A stretch of 64,000 bases of DNA, taken from Vicugna vicugna. Taxonomy: Eukaryota. A model generated the notes under the pieces. It was given only the letters and a program-made list of their open reading frames with translations, ran no database searches and was not told the DNA's origin. This document shows, one piece after another, positions 54,250 to 64,000 of this stretch. The translations under genes were made by a program, and so were the position numbers. The DNA is taken from assembly GCA_013265495.1 (NCBI GenBank), contig MU058384.1:123622-187621 (forward strand), written 5' to 3'. Within the stretch, counting starts at the first letter, position 1, and the number at the start of each line of letters is the position of its first letter.

Positions 54250-56900
54250 TAATAATCTCTCTATCCTGGTTAAGAAATTCCTTTCTACCTTGTGAGACTT
54301 TCTCCTATACTGACCCCTAAAGATGCTATAGCTTTGTCTTTTACTTTTATTTTGAACTATTTATTTTAAATTATATCTAATTTTTTATATATGGCAAGAA
54401 AGTAAATTAAATTTGTTTTCTTGCCATTTCAAGTGTGTGTGTCCATGTGTGTCTGTGTGTGTGCATACGTGTTTTGGGAGGTCCTATCGTGTTCCAGTTG
54501 TCAGTAAGGCTACTCTGTTCTTCAGGTTGTGCTATTTCCAGTACAACTTAGAATCAGCTTGTAAATTTCCACAAAATATCTTTTGAGATTTCCATTAGAA
54601 TTACATTTATTCCACAGCCTTAGTCAGTAAAGATTTGCATCATTATGAGCCATTTCTACATTTATTTAGTTACTTTTAAATCTTCCAATATAATGCTATA
54701 AACTTTTTATTTTAAGTTCTGTAACAACTTTTGTTGGATTTATTCCTGACCATTTTATAGTTTAAATCCTATTAATGGTACATGCTATGAAATTATAGTT
54801 TATATTACTGCTGTTTGTAAAAATGTAATTGATTGTTATAACAGTATAATATCTGCAATCTTAATAAACTTACTGAATTTTATGTTAGCTGTAGTTTCTT
54901 TTGAGTTTTCTAGATAGACATTTGTATGCCCCATAAAAATAACTTAAGCTGTAGTGGTGTAAACTACTTTGCTTTGTTCTTGATCTTGACGGAAATCATT
55001 ATAACATTTCAACATTGTACAATAGCTGATGTAATTTGTTCATAAATATCTTTTAATATTTTAAGAAAATGTCGTTCTGTTCATAGTTAGCTAAGAATTT
55101 TACCATGAGCTTATGTTGCACTTTTTGGAATATTCACTTTCTGCCTGTGTTGAAATGAATATATGACTATTTTCCTCCAATGCAGTGAATTATATTAACT
55201 GTTTGTAATATTTAGTCAGTTTTGCATTTCTGGGGTAAACTTCCCTTGATTATGGTAAGTTACATTTTTAATATATTCCTGGGTTTGGTTAATAAACTTT
55301 TTTTAGGATTTTATATTCTTGTTTATGAATAGGATGGGGTAGTAAATTTTTTTTTCTCATACTAACCCAGCAAATTTTAGTAGTAATGTTATATCGACCT
55401 TACAAAATTAGTTGATGATTATTCCTTTTTTTTAATTCTCTGGAAAAAAATTAAGAAGAATAGAATTAATTGTTTCCTTAGGGTTTAATAAAATTTGCAA
55501 GTAAAACCATCTAAAATTGCTATTGATTTGTATCAGAATCTTTTTCAAAACATATATTTATTTTTGTATGTTCTTGTAGGACTATTCAGGATTTTCTTCT
55601 TCTAGATTTTACTTTTAGAAATTTTATATTTCATAGAATTCATTTAATCTCAGTGTTAAATAATTTGGCAACATTGTTCGAGGCCTTTGATAATTTTTAA
55701 TATATATAGCGTTAGTAATGTATTATTTTAAAATTTCAAATATTGTCACTGTGCCTTGTGTTACACTTTCTTAATTTTCCAGAGTTTTCTGTATATTATC
55801 AGTTTCCTTTTCAAAGAAGAATTTTTGATCCTACCTGTTGTATCTCTAGTTTCTGTTTTATTCATTTTTTAAACTTCTCTTGAATATTTTCTTCCATTTC
55901 TGCAGATTCATTTCTTTCTCATTTTTCTATCTGGGTTGCAGAATTTTTATTGATGATTTACAGAAGTTCCTTTTATATTCTAAATATTCCCTTTCTGATT
56001 TAGATCAAACAAAAACGTTTTCCCAATCTCCCACGTATGTTAATTTTGGTTCTGGTGTCCTTCATTGTAGAGAAATTGTTAATTTTGATGTATCACACAA
56101 TCATTTTTGTCTTGTTTTATAGTTTGTTTTCTGAAAGTTTTTGTAGTGTTTCTTAGCTATTACCCTTACTCTTTTGCACAAATATAGGCTCCTTCATTTA
56201 CTTTTATGACTTTTTAAATTTTATCTTGGCATATTTCCTTTAATTTCTTTGGCACTCCTTTCCTGGGGGTTTACTTAAAGAAGGGGTTTTCCCTTTTTCC
56301 CATATGGTGAGCTGCTTACGTCAGTGTCTGAGTGCTGTATTTCATTTTACCATAGGTATATATGGTACCAGATATCTCTCTACTATATGTGAATCCTTCT
56401 GTAGAATATCTATTTAGTTCTAGTAGCCTATTTTTCTCTTATAGGTAAACAGTGATTTTTATTTCCATATGTGTTCAGTCTGCCTTACTGTGTGATAGGT
56501 TAATTAGCATTTTTACTTTCCAGCTTTAGATTTAGTTAGTTGTTTGTATATTCTTACGTATAATTTTTAATGTATCAAATTTCTTTAAAGATCTAAATAT
56601 CTTAAAACATATTTTAAAATATTTGATTTGTAACTCAAATATATGTAATATATGTAATTTATATAAGTAAATATCTAGATCCTTTCTGGGTTTATTTCTA
56701 CTATCTCTTTGATCTCTTGATTATTAGTTTCTATAGTTACAGTGTATATTTATCAGTTTGCAAGTTTATAGATATTTATGGTATATCTAAGCTTTTTGTC
56801 AAAAACAGGATGTCATAGACACATATTTTTATCTATTTTTCTCTTTTTTACACTATAAAACAACTGAGGTAAGGGAATTATTTATTGTCTCAGTCAATTC
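54250..56900 (-). mobile_element. Ancient L1M remnants (ORF2 and 3' region)
   Basis: T-rich antisense L1 motifs: tagaatcagcttgtaaatttccacaaaa, ttttgcatttctggggtaaac, aaaatttgcaagtaaaaccatct. Confidence 0.65.
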
Positions 56901-57476
56901 AGAGATTTGTCTTGATCCAGGGCTGGATTGCAGCTTTGAGAAAACTTTAGTCTTCTTTTGTTTCACTTTTATTTACAGCTGTGGCTTTCTAAATTTTCTA
57001 AATTATTGGATTGTGAGCTTCCTAGTATTCTGCCTTTCCAACTCTGAAAATTTGCTAGAGTTTAGACATTGCCTGCCCAGCTCTTTAGCTTCCTGCCCCA
57101 TAAAGTGTCATAAACGGGCAAATGCCCGAGGCAGAGAACAGTACTCCTGTGCTGAAGGCTGTCTCTTTTTCCAACTGGTCTTTGTTTCCTAAACCAGACA
57201 GTACTGCCAGAGATTTTATTCTGTCCTTTAGAAACTTTCACATTAACTCTTCAGCCCCTCAGATTGTCCACACGATAGCCAGAGAGCAGTGATGTCATGG
57301 AGAAGCATGGTCACGGTTTAATGTTACTCCGTTGTGCATAGCTGCCAAAAAAAAAAAAAAAAGTTGATTTCTCTTTCCCAAGGACTCTTACCCTAAGCTT
57401 ACCCCAATCTCCAGCTAGTGTCCAGGCTCTGCAAATGCCCTCAGGAGTGAAATGTTTGGAGATAGTTTCACCTGAG

Positions 57477-57916
57477 TGATGAACACACAAAATGGACAAT
57501 AGCAAGACCAGACATCTGACCTACAAAATCTACAGCAAACAGTCCAGAAAGTCAAATCCAAGTCTCTGCAGCAGTCAGCCCAGACCACTCAGAACTTGGG
57601 CAGTGACCACTAACTTCCCTAATTTTTGCCTTTAGTTACGACTCAGAGCCAACTGGAGAAAGCCAAATACGCTCCCCAAAACAATCATAAAATGCCCCAT
57701 GTCTAGTTAGCCTACCCCCAGCTTCCCCCTGCTAACAGCTTCCAATGAAAGCATACCAGAATCTTCCCCCTTTCCCCCCAATAAACCTTTTCCACTCCGC
57801 TGCCTGCCTTTGTGGCTCTGCCAAATGCTATGCTGGTGGCTGTGATTCGCTTCCTATAGCTGACTCTGAATAAATAACCTCTGTTGTCATTTGGTTTGCC
57901 TTCATTTATTTCCACA
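57477..57916 (+). mobile_element. ERV1 solo LTR (MER90/MER110-like)
   Basis: cttccctaatttttgcc...gagaaagccaaatacgctccccaaa...ctctgaataaata...ttcatttatttccaca end. Confidence 0.65.
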
Positions 57917-58231
57917 TAACTCTTCTTGGAAGCATTCTTCTCTCTCTGGAATTTTTAGTTCATCTAAACAGTTCATGATATTAATTTATGAGGTTTTATT
58001 TTTAATTTATTTGATTGTTTTTTTTGATTTTGGCAGCAGACACACTGATATGTCATGAACTCCTGAAATTTTGCTAGAAGAAGTCTAGGTCAAATGTTCT
58101 TCATCAAATCCTCAAAGTCTGGGACAGTTCAAGTGTTGTAACTGGGCCAGATGTTTAACTATATGAAGCCCAGCTTTCATCACCTGAAGAAAAATTCTTC
58201 CACAGAGTACTTAGGATTGGATGGTTTAGAG

Positions 58232-58453
58232 CAGGAGTTGGCAAATAAGGACCTTAGGTCAAATCCAGTTAGCTACTTGCTTTTGTAAATAGAGGTTTAC
58301 TGGAACTTAACCACACTTCTTTGTATACTGTCTGTGGATTTTGCTTAAGTGCTGCAATGGTGGAGTTGAGTAGTTGTGACAAAGACTGTCTGGCTCATAA
58401 AGCCTAACATATTTGCAGTCTGGCCCTTTACAGGAAGAGTTTGATAAGTCCTA
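58232..58453 (+). mobile_element. MER58A (hAT-Charlie)
   Basis: caggagttggcaaa...ggagttgagtagttgtgacaaagac...tggccctttacagg; 8-bp TSD gtttagag/gtttagtg. Confidence 0.88.
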
Positions 58454-58469
58454 GTTTAGTGTACATATA

Positions 58470-59560
58470 TCAGACATTGTGTTTTTTCAGCTCTAGAATT
58501 TTTATTGGATTCTTTTTTATGGTTTTAATCTCTCCTGCTTGACTTTATGCTTTTCTCTACACACTCGAACATACAATAACTCTTTTAAAGTTTTTGACTA
58601 CTGATTACATCATCTCTGTCATTTCTGCTTCCTATGTTGACTAAGCTGTCTTCTGGTCATAAATCACATTTTCCTGCCTCTGTGTATAAGTACGGTGATT
58701 TTTAATTGGTATTATTGTGAGAGTTATAAGAGTCTGGGTTTTGTTGTCTTCCTTTGAAGTGTATTAGTATTTGGTTTAGTTGCCAGTTTAAGCTCTGTTA
58801 GAGCACATCTAGTTTAGTTATAAAAATAGCTGAATTTTAATAAGAGTAGTTTAATGTCATTATAAGATGAGTTAGGGCACATCTGGATTAACTGTAAGAA
58901 GTGGTTTAATACTAAAGTGTGGGATTTCTGTGGTCTCTACTGGATGCTCTGGCGACTGAACTGTGTCTACTATGCCTGATTAGAATTTGAGTATCTAATA
59001 GCTAACCCTGTCCAGGTCACGGTTAGTGCCTTTGTAGCTGTTTTCTACCTAGTAGTTATTCTTTGATCAACTTCATAGCGTCTCCATCTGCCTGTGTGCT
59101 ATTTTATATTCAACAAAGATTCAAAGGAATACTATGCAGGTTCCAGGCTTTTGAGCATGAGCTGCCCATTCTCATTGCTTGGCCTTGCCAGAAACCTTTC
59201 TCTGCTCAAAACAACAAACAAACAAACAAACAAAGGAATACTATGCAAGTTCATGGAACTCTTCATCTGTGTAGCTTCCTCTGGTCTTGCACTCTGTGTC
59301 AACGTGAAAGCCATTGCAGTCCTCCTGAGACCTGAGTTGCATCTCCTCTGGTTGGTAACACTGCTCTGCTCTGCTCTGCTTTAGTTTCTGCTTCTTGCTC
59401 TACAGTCTGGAAGGAGTCTCCAGGCAAAAAGCCAAGGTGATTGTAAGGCTCACCAAGTTTGTTATCCTTCTCAGTCCCATGCTGAAAACACTTATTTAAT
59501 ATATTTTTGGATAGTAATTTAATTGTTTACAATAGAACGGATAACCTGTTACACTAACCA
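58470..59560 (-). mobile_element. Ancient L1M 5'/ORF1-region remnant
   Basis: ttcagctctagaatttttattgg...cacattttcctgc...gagtctgggttttgttgtcttcctttgaag...ctccaggcaaaaagcc. Confidence 0.6.
59122..59247 (+). mobile_element. Short retroposed insertion: LTR-R-like body, (AAAC)n tail, 17-bp TSD
   Basis: caaaggaatactatgca at 59122-59138 and 59231-59247 flanks a 69-bp body and an A-rich tail. Confidence 0.8.
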
Positions 59561-59643
59561 CATTATTGCTGGCTGCATATTGACCTACTAGTCCTATTAG
59601 GGAAGCAACACAATTAAATGATGAATTTAACAGGAAAGGAAGG

Positions 59644-60034
59644 TGTTATGAGCTGAATTGTGTCCCCCAAAAGTTCACATGTTGAGTTCCCAAGCCCTAG
59701 TATTCAAAAAGTGACTGTGTTTGGAGATAAGGTCTTTCAAGTGGTCATTAAGTTAAAGTGAGGTCATTAGTGAGGGCTCTAATCCATTATGACTGATGTC
59801 CTTATAAGAAGAGGAAATTAGGACACAGACACACACAGAAGGTAGGCCACATGAAGATAAGGGGAGAAGATGGCAATCTACAAACCATTGAGAGACGTCT
59901 CAGGGGGAATACACCCTGCCAACACCCTGTTCTTAGACTTCTAGCCTCCAGAATTGTGAGAAAACAAGTTTCTATTGGTTAAGTCACTCAGTCTATGGTA
60001 CTTTGCTGTGGCAGCCCTAGCAAACTAATAAACA
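59644..60034 (+). mobile_element. MaLR solo LTR (MLT1B-like)
   Basis: tgttatgagctgaattgtgtccccc...tagacttctagcctccagaattgtgagaaaac...gcagccctagcaaactaata; TSD gaagg/caagg. Confidence 0.9.
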
Positions 60035-60944
60035 CAAGGTTTACTTTAATTAATGCTAATGATTAATTAGTAAGCAGTAAATGGACCTATAATCACCTAC
60101 ATGAAATAAAGTGTTGATTAAAAATGTTTAACTACCAATAAGGCATAATCTGGAGCAGTCAATCAGGATGCCAGCTGTATCTGCAGGCACTGGTTGAATA
60201 TAAGTCCTGAATGAAGTGAATGAAATGAAAAAAAATGCGTAAAGCAAATATCCTATATTCAAATGGCAAATGACACGTTGTTATACAGGCAAGTGTATTC
60301 ATTGGTGGTCTCTGAGGTATCCATAAGTTCCTTGAAAGTGGGTGCAACATTATGGAAATTATTGTTCTTTATTTTTTCTGGAGACGTTTTTACAGCATTC
60401 AGTATGTGGTAGTCAACATCTTGAGACTGGACACTTTAAGGAGGAATGCTAATCTATTATTAGGTTTAATAATATGCTGTAAGTTATACTAGCATTTAAA
60501 AACTTAAGGTTATAATATGGAATTATGTATTATAAAATTTATAATGAAACAATGTTACTGCACTTAGTTTAAAAATAATAAAGCATGACATTTATAATAG
60601 TAACAGTGACTCTAAACCATTTGATTGATTTCTAAAATATGCTTTTAAAATGTCAACCTATCAAAAATCTATTGAAAATTACTGTGTTCTAAGTATTGGG
60701 CTAAATGAAACAATTACTCATCAAGACATTTAGTTATCGGGTCTAGTGATCCAGTGGGCCTACATACTGCACACAATTCTTGGCCCAGAGAAGAGGGCTA
60801 AACCTAGGAAAAGAGTTTTGGGCCAAGGTCATAACGTGGTAAGGTAAATGGTATTAAAAGAAATAAGTAAACTGAAAAGCCTAAGAGAAGAGGCTGACGA
60901 TTATGAGATGACGTGCAAAAGACAAATCTTCCTGAATTTCCAAC

Positions 60945-61360
60945 CTGTTAATATGCTACAGCTTGCCTTAACACGGTGTCACAAACTGGGAGGTGTTAAA
61001 AACAGAGGTGTACTGCTTCACAGTTCTGGAGGTTAGCAGTCTGAAATCAAGGTGTCATCAGGGTTAGTTCCTTCTCAGGGCTGTGAAGGAAGGATCTGTT
61101 CCAGGCCTTTTTCATTGGCTTGTAGATTACTGGTCCCTTCCCTGTGTTTTTTCATATTCTCTCTATGCACGTCTATCTCCAGATGTCCACTTTTTTATAA
61201 GGACACTAGTCATATTGGGTTAGAGCCTACCTTAATACCTCATTTTCAACTTATTACCTAATTAAAGACTATATATCTTCAAATAAGGTAAACATTTGAG
61301 GTAATGAGGGCCAGGACTGCAAAACATTAATTTTGATGGGTTATAATTCAACTCATAACA
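60945..61360 (-). mobile_element. MaLR solo LTR (MLT1C-like)
   Basis: cacagttctggagg...tctgaaatcaaggtgtc...ataaggacactagtcatattgg...aattcaactcataaca. Confidence 0.85.
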
Positions 61361-62389
61361 TGAGACAGTTGAATCAATGACTCAGAGGCCAAGAATTCCT
61401 CTTTTCCAGCAATGCAGTTGTCTATTTGAAGTCCATTCTCAGTTATATTTAGGACAAGAACTGAATTAGGTTGATTTCCATATAGCAGACAACACAAAAT
61501 AGCAGTGGTTTTATAAACTGCAAGTACAGTTTTCTCCCAAGGGAAGCCCATTTCTGGACCAGGGTCTTTGTGTATATTACAGACCCAGCTTCATCCTACT
61601 ATTCTGTGAAACCTTGATGTCTGTTATCAAGGCCACGTCATAATCTGAGAGATCTGCTAGTGCTCTCAGCATCATGGCTGCATTCTCAGGCTGTTTCCCA
61701 GAGTCAGGTCTCATTAAACAGTCTTCTTGGAAGTCCTAAAAACACTCTACTTACATCTCAATTACCAGAATTTAATCAAATAGATTATTGTAGCTGAAAA
61801 AAACAGTATTAGTAATAGAAGTAGTATTTCAGTTGGCTATGTCGCTTTTCTAAATAAAATTTTTAGTTTTTAAGTAAAAAATGGGAAAATGGATATCACT
61901 TGGCAGCTAGAAGTCTCCATATTATTTGTCCCGGTTTACGGAAGATAGATGCAGAATGGAAAACTAAGGCCCACAAACAGACTCAAGGTCACGTAAGAGA
62001 AGCTATTTCTTTAGAAAAAACTTAGATTCTCACAGGTTCTTCAGAGAATTGCTCTTTGAGAAGTGAGAGTGGTAATCAGCGGTGAGGGTAAGCGTTGCAT
62101 TACCATTTACCCATTTACCAATTGTGAAAAAACAAATTTCTAAGCTAACTTTCCACGACAGCTCTGGGTGTGATCAGAACAGTTCTGTTCCTACACCCGG
62201 ATAGTCAGCAAGATAAGAAAAGCTGTGTATGCAAAACAGCATACAAATCCATATTAGCTGTAGGTAGCTGTCAGGACATGAATTAACACTAAGAGCTGTG
62301 GGCCATGCTCAATATAATATAGGTTCTGATGTGTTAGATTAGATTTCTATATAGCCAGGCCATCAAAATTATGTTATTACAAGCTACCA

Positions 62390-62590
62390 GTTATTAAGTG
62401 TACCAAACACTGTGCTAATTATCTATTATCTAATTATTACTTTAATTAACTCTTTATGCAAGTGTTACATTCTGATTTTGCCAAGGAAGACATTAAGGCT
62501 TAGAGAAATTATTTAATTTTAATGGTAATGCAATTGCTTAGTGGCAAATTTGGGATTCACAGCCACATCTGTCTGACATCAAAGCCATCA
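62390..62590 (-). mobile_element. MIR fragment
   Basis: gtaccaaacactgtgctaa...ttaaggcttagagaaatt...agtggcaaatttgggattc...tgtctgacatcaaagcc. Confidence 0.6.
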
Positions 62591-63062
62591 TGATCGGGTG
62601 ATCTCTATATGAAAGTAGGTAGTAGAAGACATTCTTTTTAAGTAGGACAGTTGGAGCTAAATCAGGTTTTTTCAGAGAAACATGTTATGGTTTTCAGTCT
62701 CTTTGTGACATACTAAAAAAAGGCAAGTAAAATAGGAATGTGTATTCTGGAGAAAGTCTTAGGGGAGAATAAACTGTCTTTAATCATTTAATGGTCTATA
62801 ATATTGACAAGACAGTTCACTCTTCTATATGGTCTCCAGAATAGAACTAGGGAAACAAAGCCAATGGACGTAGGCTACAAGGAAGTCATTTGTTTGTTTG
62901 TTTGTTTGTTTGCTGTAATTCTGAGCTGTCCACTGATAAAACTGATAACTTCATAAATTGTGAGTTTCTAATGTCAACAGAAGTTTGTAAGCAGAGTTAC
63001 TTGGTGTTTGTCTATGTCATAATAATGAATGGGTTAGTGTAGTTGCCTTTGAGTGTCCCTAT

Positions 63063-63345
63063 TGTTGGTTGATTTGTGTCCCCCCAAAATGTATGTTAAA
63101 GTCCTAACCCTCCCTTATCTGTGAATGTGACCTTATTTGAAAACGGTCTTTGCAGATGTAATCAACCTAAGATGAAGTCATATTTGATAACTGGGTGGGC
63201 CTTAAATCCAATGACTGGTGTTCTAATGAGGAGAGCGTGATTTGGAGACACACAGATACACAGACAACTATGGGGAAATGGAGGCAGAAATTGGAAGCTA
63301 AGGAATGCCAAAGATAGCCAGCAATTACCAGCAGGTAGGAAGTCG
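63063..63345 (+). mobile_element. MaLR LTR, 5' part (MLT1C-like)
   Basis: tgttggttgatttgtgtcccccc...gtgaatgtgaccttatttgaaaacggtctttgcagatgtaatc...ctaaggaatgccaaag. Confidence 0.8.
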
Positions 63346-64000
63346 AGGTACCTTGAGGTAGATAGTGTTGCTTTTTAGAAACTTTAATGTTTGTTTGCCA
63401 TGGTTGCAATTTCTTTCAAGCATTTTTTTATCCTGAAATGAAACTTAATTTCATTTCACTGTGTTTTTATATTCTTTAGGCAAGTAATAAATAATATTTT
63501 GAGGAATACCCAGGTATTAATATAGTTAGCGGGAGAGTGCTTCCTTCTGAGTGTTTCTTCAAACGGAAATCTAGTAGTTTCCATGATAGACAGTATAAAA
63601 CTGTACAAGTTAGAGAGATACATCTATTCTTTCCTTTCAATAATAGGTTTACATTTTTAGCATGCCTTTCATGAACCAATGTCGTCTCACTGCAGGTGAT
63701 TGCAAGTACTTCTGATTTTATCTAGATAATTTCTGATGTAGGGCATTAGGAAGGCCTCAATTAGGGAAGGAAATGTGCTGTTCTGTTTTCACATTTCCTA
63801 CAAAAATTTAAACCTAAATTCATAACTGCCTGCCAGGTTCTTTAATGTTAGAGCATCTTTATTCATTTAATGTATTTGCCAAGAATCATATATCATACCT
63901 ATCATGGCATGCAATTGCTGTGATATATGTATAGTATTCGGTTCCTGATACTCCTTTTATTTACGTAGGACTATTAGAAAATTACTTCATCCAGTCTAAT

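Noticed and set aside
1..64000. CRISPR array, operon, defence system or other novel multi-gene system
   Set aside because: No regularly spaced repeats and no gene-dense coding region; the content is explained by eutherian transposon remnants and one processed pseudogene.

Overview
AT-rich, CpG-poor mammalian (eutherian) non-coding DNA dominated by interspersed repeats. A tRNA-Ala-derived Vic-1-like SINE and the style of the young L1 3' ends suggest a camelid genome (inference). I find no intact cellular protein-coding gene, RNA gene, CRISPR array or prokaryote-like system. The ORF track is mostly chance ORFs and L1/L2 remnants. The one recognisable gene-derived sequence is a disabled processed RPS3A pseudogene (~53186-54015). 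The most interesting structures are retrotransposition events: a young L1 whose open ORF1 runs off the left edge; a head-to-head L1/SINE composite without a TSD that cuts off an older L1; a twin-primed 5'-inverted L1; and a ~70-bp ERV-LTR R-region-like retrocopy with an A-rich tail and a perfect 17-bp TSD. Repeat subfamily names are from remembered consensus sequences, not a database search, and boundaries of old repeats are approximate.
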